A DNA stretch of 64,000 bases, taken from positions 5,009 to 69,008 of the forward strand of contig NZ_DAOUAO010000122.1 of NCBI RefSeq assembly GCF_034433535.1, read 5' to 3'. The translations under genes and the position numbers were made by a program. This document shows, piece by piece, positions 55,698 to 63,886 of this stretch. The DNA is from Tepidiforma sp. (GTDB lineage: Bacteria; Chloroflexota; Dehalococcoidia; Tepidiformales; Tepidiformaceae). Below the pieces are notes generated by a model, which saw nothing but the letters and a program-made list of their open reading frames with translations, made no database searches and was not told the origin of the DNA. Each line of letters opens with the position of its first letter. The stretch's first letter is position 1.

Positions 55698-56523
55698 GCG
55701 CGAGCACCTCAGCGGCGGCAGCCTGGAGCGCCTGCCATTCATCGACCGTGAGGGTTTCGGGGCGCCGGGAGGGTTCGATGCCGGCGCGTTCAAGCGCAGC
55801 CCGTGCGCCGCCCGGCGGCAGCCACACGCCGCGCGCGAGGCTGTTGTGAATTTGCTTCCGCGGGTTGCGATAGACCCGGCTCACGAATTCGAAGAAGGCC
55901 GGGATCCGGTGCGGAGGGACAAGCGGCTCGGGCCGCATGCGCAGGCGGATGACGGACGACCAGACGGCCGGCGGCGGGTCGAACGCCTCGGGCGGGACAT
56001 CGAAAAGCTGCTCCGGCTCGGCGTAGACGCGAATGCTCACCGTGTGGAGCGACCACTGCCCGGGCGGAGCGGCGATATCGCGGGCGACCTCGCGCTGGAC
56101 CATAACGACGAGCTCCAGCGGTGGCCGCGTCTGCTCGAGGACATTGCGGATGATGGGGTTGGCAGCGAAGTACGGGAGGTTGCCGACCGCCACGTACGGG
56201 GCATCAGCCGGGAGCAGCGGGGCAAGGTCGATGGTGCGTGCGTCGGCCTCGACGATGGTGAGCCGTTCGTGGCGGCGGAATCGGTTGCGGAGGTGGCCAA
56301 CCAGGCGGGGCTCGATTTCAAGGGCAATGACCCGATGGCCGGCAGCGAGCAGGGCCTCGGTGAGCTGGCCGGTGCCGGCGCCGATCTCCACCACGACGCC
56401 GCCCGGCGGGCCGCTTACGGCCGCGACAATATCGGCGAGGACGCCGGAATCGCGCAGGAAGTGCTGACCGAGCGCCTTTCGCGGGCGCGGGCCGGGCAGG
56501 CGTCCGGGTTCGGAGCGGGGCAT
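55690..56523 (-). CDS. rsmA: 16S rRNA (adenine1518/1519-N6)-dimethyltransferase
   Basis: KALGQHFLRD and VVEIGAGTGQLT SAM motifs; NLPY. Start trimmed to ATG 56523. Confidence 0.92.
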   Translation of the reverse strand: MPRSEPGRLPGPRPRKALGQHFLRDSGVLADIVAAVSGPPGGVVVEIGAGTGQLTEALLAAGHRVIALEIEPRLVGHLRNRFRRHERLTIVEADARTIDLAPLLPADAPYVAVGNLPYFAANPIIRNVLEQTRPPLELVVMVQREVARDIAAPPGQWSLHTVSIRVYAEPEQLFDVPPEAFDPPPAVWSSVIRLRMRPEPLVPPHRIPAFFEFVSRVYRNPRKQIHNSLARGVWLPPGGARAALERAGIEPSRRPETLTVDEWQALQAAAAEVLALA

Positions 56524-56529
56524 ACGGTG

Positions 56530-56558
56530 ATCGTAGGGTGCGCGGTGGAGGGGGTCGA
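56530..56558 (-). promoter_or_regulatory. putative promoter abutting the rsmA/ksgA start codon (leaderless-type)
   Basis: Minus strand reads TCGACC-N17-TACGAT, followed by only 6 nt (CACCGT) before the ATG. No SD. Confidence 0.4.
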
Positions 56559-56594
56559 GCGCCGGGACAATCGGGCGCAGGGACAGAGGGGTAA

Positions 56595-56861
56595 GGCCGT
56601 GCACCTGCTGTCGAACTGGCCCCCGGGCTTGCCCCGCAGCGGCCGGCTCAGACCCGGTTGACTGCGGCACCCGAAGCATTCTCCTTATGGCTGCTTCCTT
56701 CCGGACCTGACCAGGTTCGGAGCGCCTCGCCGCGCAGGACCAGGCCCTCAGCGCCGGCTGGAGGGGACAGTCCCCGAAAGCGCAGCCCTCGAGCAGGAAT
56801 TCGACCCCGCTGTAGCGGATTGCGGGTTCAGGGCACCGCTAGCTCCCCGTCTAGCACGGCC
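56595..56861 (-). ncRNA. ffs: signal recognition particle RNA, large (Bacillus-type, Alu domain-containing)
   Basis: Minus strand contains the domain IV core CCTGGTCAGGTCCGGAAGGAAGCAGCCATAAGG. It also has a 5' Alu-like segment GCCGTGCTAGACGGGGAGCTAGCGGTGCCCTGAACCCGCAATCCGCTACAGCGGGGTCGAATTCC. The termini GGCCGTGC / GCACGGCC pair. No ORF explains this 370-nt gap. Confidence 0.87.
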
Positions 56862-56867
56862 AACCTA

Positions 56868-56897
56868 ACCGTACCGTCGGACTTCGACCGGGGTCAA
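56868..56897 (-). promoter_or_regulatory. putative promoter of the SRP RNA
   Basis: Minus strand reads TTGACC-N18-TACGGT, with the -10 ending 6 nt before the first G of the predicted RNA. The -35 overlaps the stop codon of the upstream BCCP gene. Confidence 0.45.
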
Positions 56898-57424
56898 CCG
56901 GTGCGTTCGCCGATGTGGATGGCGACGAGCAGGTCGCCCGCATTCACGCGCTGGCCGGCCGACACGGCCACCTGTTCGACCGTCCCGGCAGCCGGTGAGC
57001 GCAGCTCGTTGTTCATCTTCATCGATTCGATGACCAGCAGGACATCGCCCTGGGCGACCTCCTGCCCGGCGGCCACCCGGACCTCGACGATGGAGCCGGT
57101 CATCGGCGCGGTGATGCGGCGCATCCCGGTCTGGATCTGCTGGGCGGCCTTCTGCGCGAGCTGCGGGCGCCAGCGCTCCACCTGGAAGTCGAAGGCGTGG
57201 CGTCCGATGGTGGCCCGGGCGCCGCCCCGGCGACGTTCGAGGTAGAGCTCGGTCGGGTGGTGCTCGGTCATCAGCAGGTAGAGGCGGGAATCGCCGACGC
57301 GATGGAGCTCAACGCGGGTCCACTCCTCTTCGCCTTCCCGGCGCACGCGGATGCCGTCCTTGTCGCGTTCCAGCTCGTAGGTCGAAGCGGATTCTTCGGT
57401 ACGAACTAGAAACTTCTCGGCCAT
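56894..57424 (-). CDS. biotin carboxyl carrier-type protein (biotinyl domain with N-terminal BT-like extension)
   Basis: C-terminal APMTGSIVEVRV..GDVLLVIESMKMNNEL biotinyl-lysine motif. Its start overlaps the biotin carboxylase 3' end by 19 nt. Confidence 0.8.
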   Translation of the reverse strand: MAEKFLVRTEESASTYELERDKDGIRVRREGEEEWTRVELHRVGDSRLYLLMTEHHPTELYLERRRGGARATIGRHAFDFQVERWRPQLAQKAAQQIQTGMRRITAPMTGSIVEVRVAAGQEVAQGDVLLVIESMKMNNELRSPAAGTVEQVAVSAGQRVNAGDLLVAIHIGERTG

Positions 57425-58956
57425 CGGCCCATACCCCCGGGGATGGTCGGCGCATTCGACTGCCGCCGCCAGGCGCTCATGGCGGCGCGGTAGCCATTGG
57501 TCGGCTGCTGGCCGTTCTGGCCGTTGGCCTGCTGGTCCGGCTCTTTCTCGGGCGAGGTCACAAACAGCAGGGCTGCGATCTCGGCGAGGCGCTGCTGGTC
57601 GGAGAAGTGCTCTTCAGCGAGCACGCGGTTGCGGTCGAGGAAGCCGGTATCGATGTCGCCTTCGATGAAGGCGGGCAGGTCGAGGATCTGCTGGAGGTAC
57701 GGGATGTTGGTGGCTACGCCGACGACGCGGAATTCGGCGAGGGCGCGCTTCATGCGCTGCCGGGCGCCTTCGCGGTTGCGGCCCCAGGCCGTGACCTTGG
57801 CAAGCAGCGAATCGTAGTAGGGCGTCACCTCCATGCCATCGTAGAGGGCGCTTTCGACGCGGATACCGGGGCCCGCAGGTTCGCGCGCGAAGACCACGCG
57901 CCCGACGGACGGCAGGAAGTTGTTGAAGGGGTCCTCAGCCACGATGCGGCATTCGATCGCCCAGCCGCGGGTGAGGAGGTCGGCCTCTTCGTAGGGGAGC
58001 TCCTCGCCGGCAGCGACGATGATCTGGTCCTTGACGAGGTCGGTGCCGGTGACCATCTCGGTGACCGGGTGCTCCACCTGGAGGCGGGTGTTCATTTCGA
58101 GGAAGTAGTGCTGCCCGTCCTCATCGAGGAGGAACTCGACCGTTCCCACGTTATGGTAATTTGCGGCCCGGGCGATGCGGACGGCGGAGCGCGCCAGGGT
58201 GCGGCGCAGCTGCGGCCCGACCGCGATCGAGGGGCACTCTTCGATGATTTTCTGGTGGCGCCGCTGGATGGAGCATTCGCGCTCGCCGAGGGGAACGATG
58301 TTGCCGATGCGGTCGCCGATCACCTGGACTTCGATGTGGCGAACGCGGCGAAGGTGCTTTTCGACGTAGATAGCAGGGTTGCCGAAGGCAGCCGCGGCTT
58401 CTTGCATCGCGCGGGCGGCGGCCTCGGGCAAAGCCGCCGGGGAATCGATGAAGCGGATGCCGCGCCCGCCGCCGCCGGCTGCCGCCTTGATCATCACGGG
58501 GTAGCCGATGCGCTCGGCGAAGGCGAGCGCCTCATCGATGGAGGTGATTTCGCCGCTGCCGGGGAGCACGGGGAGGCCGGCCTCGGCGGCAATGCGGCGG
58601 GCGGCGATTTTGTCACCGAGCAGGCGCATCGACTGCGGGGACGGGCCGATGAAGGTGAGCCCGGCGGCTTCGCAGGCCTCGGCGAACTCGGCGTTCTCCG
58701 CGAGGAAGCCGTAGCCGGGGTGGATGGCATCGGCGCCGCACGATTTTGCGACATCGATGATGCGTTCGACGTTGAGGTAGCTCTGTCGCGCATCGGCGGG
58801 GCCGATGAAGTGCGCCTCATCGGCGTAGCGAACGTGCTGCGAAAGGCGGTCGACCTCGGAGTAGACGGCGACCGAGCGGATATCGAGGTCGCGGAGGCCG
58901 CGCACGATGCGGAGCGCGATTTCACCGCGGTTGGCGACGAGGACCTTGGAAAACAT
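57406..58956 (-). CDS. accC: biotin carboxylase (acetyl/acyl-CoA carboxylase BC component)
   Basis: MFSKVLVANRGEIALRIVR, HPGYGFLAEN, KAAAGGGGRGI, and EMNTRLQVEHPVTE. Start trimmed to ATG 58956. Has a ~60-aa Gln/Asn-rich C-terminal extension. Confidence 0.92.
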   Translation of the reverse strand: MFSKVLVANRGEIALRIVRGLRDLDIRSVAVYSEVDRLSQHVRYADEAHFIGPADARQSYLNVERIIDVAKSCGADAIHPGYGFLAENAEFAEACEAAGLTFIGPSPQSMRLLGDKIAARRIAAEAGLPVLPGSGEITSIDEALAFAERIGYPVMIKAAAGGGGRGIRFIDSPAALPEAAARAMQEAAAAFGNPAIYVEKHLRRVRHIEVQVIGDRIGNIVPLGERECSIQRRHQKIIEECPSIAVGPQLRRTLARSAVRIARAANYHNVGTVEFLLDEDGQHYFLEMNTRLQVEHPVTEMVTGTDLVKDQIIVAAGEELPYEEADLLTRGWAIECRIVAEDPFNNFLPSVGRVVFAREPAGPGIRVESALYDGMEVTPYYDSLLAKVTAWGRNREGARQRMKRALAEFRVVGVATNIPYLQQILDLPAFIEGDIDTGFLDRNRVLAEEHFSDQQRLAEIAALLFVTSPEKEPDQQANGQNGQQPTNGYRAAMSAWRRQSNAPTIPGGMGRWPRSF

Positions 58957-59040
58957 CGACCGGCGCTTTACTTCTCTTGCAGGAATCGATGGCTGAACAG
59001 CATACCGGGAGGCGGCGCGAAGGGCGAACGCCGTGTCGTG

Positions 59041-59070
59041 TTGGTCGCCACTTCGTGTTGCTTCTACACT
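59041..59070 (+). promoter_or_regulatory. putative promoter abutting the nadB start codon (leaderless-type)
   Basis: TTGGTC-N18-TACACT followed by 7 nt before the ATG, with no SD. Overlaps an 8-nt direct repeat TCGTGTTG (59036..59043 and 59053..59060). Confidence 0.35.
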
Positions 59071-59077
59071 AAGCCGG

Positions 59078-60628
59078 ATGGCTGCCCGGGATGCCCTGCA
59101 GGAGCGCCAGTACGCCGTGATCGTCATCGGGAGCGGCATCTCGGGGTTGTTCGTGGCGCTCGAGGCGCGGCACCTCGGGCCGGTGCTCGTCCTCACCAAG
59201 GGCAGCATCGATGACTGCAACACCCGCTGGGCGCAGGGCGGGATCGCGGCCGCGGTCGGGCCGCTGGATTCGCCCGAGCAGCACCTGGCGGACACGATCG
59301 CCGCGGGAGCCGGCCTGGTCGACGAGGAGGCGGCGCGCATCCTGTGCTTCGAAGCGCCGGCGCGCATCCGGGACCTGGTGGCCTACGGGGTCTCGTTCGA
59401 TTCGCTTGGCGGCGAGGTCGCGCTCGGGCGGGAGGCCGCGCATAGCCGCGCGCGGGTGCTCCACGCAGGCGGCGACCGCACCGGGGCCGAGATCGAGACA
59501 GCGCTCTCGCGGGCGGTGCAGGACCCGGCGATCACGGTGCTCGACCACACCCTGGTCACGCGGATTGTCGTCGAACGGGGCATCGCCACCGGCGTGGAAG
59601 CGGTCGCGCTCGAGGATGGGCAACGTGAGCAGTACCGGGGCGATGCCGTCGTCATCGCGACCGGGGGCGCCGGCCAGCTCTTTTCGCACACCACGAATCC
59701 CGAGGTAGCAACCGGCGACGGGGTGGCGCTCGCGTTCGAAGCCGGGGCAGAGATTGCGGACATCGAGTTCTACCAGTTTCACCCGACCGCGCTGCGGCTC
59801 CCCGGGGTGCCGACGTTTCTCATTTCGGAAGCGGTGCGCGGGGAGGGCGCCGTGCTCCGCAACCTGGCGGGCGAGGCGTTCATGCCGCGCTACCACCCGC
59901 TCGCGGACCTCGCGCCGCGCGATGTGGTGGCCCGGGCCATCGTGAAGGAGATGCGGCGCGAAGGTGCAGACCACGTGCTGCTGGATTGCACGGGGCTGAA
60001 GTCGGTGGACCTGGCGGCGCGCTTCCCGGCGATCTTCGCGCACTGCATGGGCGTCGGTATCGACATGCGGACGCAGCCGATTCCCGTCGCCCCGGCGGCG
60101 CACTACCTGATGGGCGGCGTTCGCACCGATACCTGGGGGCGGACGACCATCGCCAGGCTGTACGCCTGCGGCGAGTGCGCCTGCACCGGGGTCCACGGCG
60201 CCAACCGGCTGGCCAGCAACTCGCTCATGGAGACGGTGGTTTTTGGCAAGCGCGTGGTGGAGCACATCGCAGGCGGCCGCGGGGGCGCGGCTGCCCCGAC
60301 GCCCGACCGCGAAGCCCTCGGCCTGCCGGGGACGGCGACGCCCGCGCATGGGGAGCTGCAGCGGATGATGTGGGAGTGCGCGGGGATCGAGCGAGACGCC
60401 GCCGGGCTGGCGCGCGGGCTCGCCGCTGTTGCAGGGTGGCCAGCGGCCCCGGAGACCGCCACGACCCGGGTCGATTTCGAGCGCCGGCAGATGACCCTCA
60501 TGGCCAGCCTGATGCTGGAGGCAGCGCTGCGGCGCACGGAGAGCCGGGGCGGTCACTACCGCAGCGACTACCCGGAGACCGACGATCGGCAGTGGCGCCG
60601 CCGGCAGGTGTTCGTGCGTGGTGAGTGA
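59078..60628 (+). CDS. nadB: L-aspartate oxidase
   Basis: VIVIGSGISGL FAD motif, RWAQGGIAAA, and HYLMGGVRTD. Start trimmed to ATG 59078. Confidence 0.92.
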   Translation: MAARDALQERQYAVIVIGSGISGLFVALEARHLGPVLVLTKGSIDDCNTRWAQGGIAAAVGPLDSPEQHLADTIAAGAGLVDEEAARILCFEAPARIRDLVAYGVSFDSLGGEVALGREAAHSRARVLHAGGDRTGAEIETALSRAVQDPAITVLDHTLVTRIVVERGIATGVEAVALEDGQREQYRGDAVVIATGGAGQLFSHTTNPEVATGDGVALAFEAGAEIADIEFYQFHPTALRLPGVPTFLISEAVRGEGAVLRNLAGEAFMPRYHPLADLAPRDVVARAIVKEMRREGADHVLLDCTGLKSVDLAARFPAIFAHCMGVGIDMRTQPIPVAPAAHYLMGGVRTDTWGRTTIARLYACGECACTGVHGANRLASNSLMETVVFGKRVVEHIAGGRGGAAAPTPDREALGLPGTATPAHGELQRMMWECAGIERDAAGLARGLAAVAGWPAAPETATTRVDFERRQMTLMASLMLEAALRRTESRGGHYRSDYPETDDRQWRRRQVFVRGE

Positions 60629-61484
60629 CGTGATCGGAGGATTGCCGGAGGAGCTGGTCCTGCGGGCGGTGCGCGCCGCGCTGGAGGAGGACCGCGCATT
60701 CGACGACGTGACGACCCTGGCGACCGTCGAGCCCGGGCTGGCGGGCAGGGCGACGCTCCTGGCGAAATCGGACGGCGTGCTCACGGGGCTCGGGGTGGCC
60801 GCTGCTGCCTTCCGCATCGTGGACGCGGGTTGCCGGCTCACTCCGCTGGCGAGCGACGGCGAACGGGTTTCGCGGGGGCAGCGGCTTGCGACCGTCGAGG
60901 GGCCGGTGCGCGCCATCCTGCAGGCGGAACGGGTGGCGCTGAACTTCCTTCAGCGCATGTCGGGGACGGCGACACTGACGCGCCTCTTCGTGGACGCGGT
61001 GGCTGGCACGGGGGCGGTCATCCTCGACACCCGGAAGACGACCCCGGGGCTGCGGGATTTCGAGAAGTACGCGGTGCGCTGCGGCGGCGGAACCAACCAC
61101 CGCCGCGACCTTGCGGCGATGGCGATGATCAAGGACAACCATCGCGAGGCGCTCGCGCGGGAGGGGAGGACGCTTGCAGACGGGGCGGCGGCTATCCGCG
61201 CGGCGCGGCCGGGGGTCGCGGTCGAAATCGAGGTTGATCGGCTGGAACAGCTCGAGGCCGCGCTGGCCGCGAACCCGGAGTGGATCCTGCTGGATAACAT
61301 GCCGCTCGAGGCGATGCGGGAAGCGGTCCGGGTGGTCGCGGGGCGCGCGAAGCTCGAGGCCTCGGGCGGCGTGACGCTGGAGACGGTGCGGGCAATCGCG
61401 GAGACGGGCGTCGATGCCATCTCCGTCGGGGCGCTCACGCACAGCGCACGGGCGCTCGATATCAGCCTCGAGCTGGAGTTTTAG
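60618..61484 (+). CDS. nadC: nicotinate-nucleotide diphosphorylase (carboxylating)
   Basis: ERVALNFLQRMSGTATLT, TRKTTPGLR, IKDNH, and ILLDNM motifs. GTG start overlapping the nadB 3' end. Confidence 0.92.
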   Translation: MVSDVIGGLPEELVLRAVRAALEEDRAFDDVTTLATVEPGLAGRATLLAKSDGVLTGLGVAAAAFRIVDAGCRLTPLASDGERVSRGQRLATVEGPVRAILQAERVALNFLQRMSGTATLTRLFVDAVAGTGAVILDTRKTTPGLRDFEKYAVRCGGGTNHRRDLAAMAMIKDNHREALAREGRTLADGAAAIRAARPGVAVEIEVDRLEQLEAALAANPEWILLDNMPLEAMREAVRVVAGRAKLEASGGVTLETVRAIAETGVDAISVGALTHSARALDISLELEF

Positions 61485-62401
61485 CGCAGGCCGATGCCAG
61501 CAAGGAACCCGATCGCCGAGCGGACCCGGTCGTCGGGCTGGTGCTGGTTAATCTCGAGCGTCAGGTGCGAGAGGTGTCCCACGCCGTCGACCACATACGA
61601 CCAGTCGACGTCGCCGTCGCCGGGAGAGCGGTGGTCACCGATGCCGAGCACATCGTGCAGGTGCGCCCCGATACAGCGGGAGGTCCACCGATTTAGCCAC
61701 TCGTGCCGGTCGATGAGGCCCAGGCGTCCCAGCACTTCGGCGTGGCCGACATCGTGCCAGTAGCCGGCCTCCGAAGGGTCGAAGCCATCGAGGATGAGCT
61801 CGTACTCGGCCGGGTGCGGGATCTCGTGGTAGTGGTACCGGTTTTCGATGCCAATCGCGATGCCGCGGGGCGCAGCCAGCCGGACCAGATCGACGAGGGA
61901 GCGGCGCGCAGCTTCGACGTACGGACCCGCCAGTTCGGCCCGCCGGCGAATGAGCTGCACGCGCAGGGCCTCGACCCGCGCGCCGGTACGCTCGCCGGCA
62001 TCGTAAGCGCGCCGGAGGGCGAGCTCCTCCTCGAACTGGTCCGGCGATGGCCCCACGTGCCCGAGGTGGACGACGACGCGGCGGGCACCGAGGCGGGCCG
62101 CCCACTCGATGGAACGGGCTGCTTCCTCCACCGCTGCGCGGCGCTCGTCCTCGTCGGGGCTGGCGAGATTGAGGCTGCTGTTGCCGCGGCCGTTCGCAAG
62201 CCGGCGGTAGGGGGCCGGCTGGTGCACCGAGGCGACTGGCAGGATGCCTGCTTCGGCGATTGCGGCCAGCGCAGGCTCGGGCGTGGAGTGGCTGATTTCG
62301 ATGGCGTCGTAGCCGGCTTCGAGGGCGAAGCGGGCCAGGGAGACACCGTCGGCGAAGCGCTCCTGCTGGGCGAACATGGTGGAGAGCGCCAGCTGCTTCA
62401 T
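61481..62401 (-). CDS. sugar phosphate isomerase/epimerase (xylose isomerase-like TIM barrel)
   Basis: GYDAIEISH.., VVVHLGH.., IGIENRYH.., GAHLHD: metal-ligand spacing typical of the AP endonuclease 2 / xylose isomerase-like fold. Confidence 0.78.
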   Translation of the reverse strand: MKQLALSTMFAQQERFADGVSLARFALEAGYDAIEISHSTPEPALAAIAEAGILPVASVHQPAPYRRLANGRGNSSLNLASPDEDERRAAVEEAARSIEWAARLGARRVVVHLGHVGPSPDQFEEELALRRAYDAGERTGARVEALRVQLIRRRAELAGPYVEAARRSLVDLVRLAAPRGIAIGIENRYHYHEIPHPAEYELILDGFDPSEAGYWHDVGHAEVLGRLGLIDRHEWLNRWTSRCIGAHLHDVLGIGDHRSPGDGDVDWSYVVDGVGHLSHLTLEINQHQPDDRVRSAIGFLAGIGLR

Positions 62402-62700
62402 CGCGAGGCACGCTCCGGGGCGGGAGCCGGCCGGCGAAGCCCGGCCGCCGCCCAGTGACGGGCAGCGAGCAGGCCGAGGGGGGCGAAGAACGCAGCGGCC
62501 ATGCTGGCGAGCAGCCCGGTTCCGCCGGTGGCGCCGAGGAGCGGCACCGCCAGTCCCGCGACCACCGCCGCGAAGAGGCAGAGCGGGAGATTGATCAGCC
62601 CTGCACGGCCGCGGGTGGCCACGCTCCAGCCCAGCCAGGGCAGGAAGCCGAGGACCAGCCAGGCGGCCAGGTAGAGACTGACGAAGATCGCCGTAAACAT
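62398..62700 (-). CDS. hypothetical three-TM small membrane protein
   Basis: 100-aa hydrophobic ORF, 1 nt after the rseP stop and overlapping the next gene's start (ATGA). No motif. Confidence 0.5.
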   Translation of the reverse strand: MFTAIFVSLYLAAWLVLGFLPWLGWSVATRGRAGLINLPLCLFAAVVAGLAVPLLGATGGTGLLASMAAAFFAPLGLLAARHWAAAGLRRPAPAPERASR

Positions 62701-62701
62701 C

Positions 62702-63886
62702 TCAGCTCAGCAGCCGCGCGATATCGAAGTAGGTAACGACGAGCACGCCGAAGAGCAGCAGCGCAAAGCCCATGAAGTGAACGAGTGCCTCCTTCTCGGG
62801 CGCGATGCGCCGGCCGCCGCGGAGGATTTCGATGACCACGAAAAGCATGCGGCCGCCATCGAGCATCGGGATGGGGAGGGCATTGAAGATGGCAAGGTTC
62901 AGGCTGAGGAGGGCGGCCAGTTCGATCAGCGGGCGCCAGCCCTGCTCATCGATGATGTTGCCGGTGGTCTCGGCGATGCCGACCGGGCCGGTGAACGCGG
63001 GCTGCCCCTGCGAGAGCGACGCGCCGGACGAGCCCGCCACGAGCACACGAATCTCGTTGACCGTCAGCCGGAACGTCTCGCCCAGGGAGGCGACGGCCTT
63101 CGGGAAGGCGACCCAGGGCCAGTCCCAGACCTTCTCGGAGTACGGGTAGAGGAGCTGGCAGTTCGTCGGATTGCCGTCGGCGTCGTACGAGCAAACGGAC
63201 GGCGCGCCGATGCGGATGCCGGTCGGCCCCTGGCCGGGCGGCGGGTCCCAGCGGGCGTAGACGTAGGCGGTGAGGGTCGAGCCTGCGCGGTTGATCAACC
63301 AGCGCTGGGTTTCGCCGAGATTCAGGCGGTTGGCATAGACGAGCTCCGACGGGTTGCGGACCTCCTTCCCTTCGACCTCGAGGACCAGGTCGCCGGGCTG
63401 CAGCCCCTGGGCGGGGGTCGACCCATCGCGCATCGTGCCCTCGATGCGGGCCTCGGCGGCGGGCGAGCCGGGCGCCACTTCGACGACCTGGACCATGGTG
63501 AGCGCACGTTCGCGTGGGACCATGAAGCCAACCGCCAGCAGGACGACGGCGGTCACCAGGTTCATCACCACGCCGGCGGACATGACCACGAGCCGCTTCC
63601 AGGCGGCTTGCGCGGCGAGGCTGCGGGGGTCGCTCGGGTCCTCTTCGCCCAGCAGGCGGACGAACCCGCCGATGGGGAGCCAGTTGAGGGTGTACTCGGT
63701 TTCACCGCGGCGGAGGAAGGTCCATGCGCGGGGCGGGAAGCCGATGCCGAATTCGAGCACTTTGATGCCGAACGCCTTGGCGGCGAGGAAGTGGCCGAAT
63801 TCGTGGATGACGACGAGCACCACGAGCATCGCCAGGAACGGCACGGCGGCCTGAAGCACAGCGAGGGGGTCGAAGGCGAGGAACAT
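62702..63886 (-). CDS. rseP: RseP-like site-2 protease (M50 family) with PDZ domain
   Basis: HEFGHFLAAKAFGIKV (HExxH), a PDZ-like middle (LQPGDLVLEVEG), and the NALPIPMLDGG motif. Confidence 0.88.
   Translation of the reverse strand: MFLAFDPLAVLQAAVPFLAMLVVLVVIHEFGHFLAAKAFGIKVLEFGIGFPPRAWTFLRRGETEYTLNWLPIGGFVRLLGEEDPSDPRSLAAQAAWKRLVVMSAGVVMNLVTAVVLLAVGFMVPRERALTMVQVVEVAPGSPAAEARIEGTMRDGSTPAQGLQPGDLVLEVEGKEVRNPSELVYANRLNLGETQRWLINRAGSTLTAYVYARWDPPPGQGPTGIRIGAPSVCSYDADGNPTNCQLLYPYSEKVWDWPWVAFPKAVASLGETFRLTVNEIRVLVAGSSGASLSQGQPAFTGPVGIAETTGNIIDEQGWRPLIELAALLSLNLAIFNALPIPMLDGGRMLFVVIEILRGGRRIAPEKEALVHFMGFALLLFGVLVVTYFDIARLLS

Noticed and set aside
56524-56893. tmRNA, 6S RNA or RNase P RNA as alternative explanations of the ORF-free gap.
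   Set aside because: There is no tRNA-like GGTTCGA..CCA 3' end or tag reading frame (tmRNA), and no RNase P conserved regions. The SRP domain IV and Alu-like sequences account for the region.
58957-59367. Long N-terminal extensions in ORF-track entries: accC to 59367, argC to 37217, argD to 31829, leuS to 25760, ksgA to 56679, ADH to 38001, nitroreductase to 5467.
   Set aside because: The extensions are Arg/Pro/Ser-rich and overlap upstream genes or RNAs. Internal starts match family N-termini and, in most cases, follow SD or promoter elements. Starts were trimmed accordingly.
59069-60916. 615-aa minus-strand ORF.
   Set aside because: Antisense to nadB/nadC, Arg/Pro-rich with no motif. The plus-strand genes have clear FAD and QPRTase signatures.
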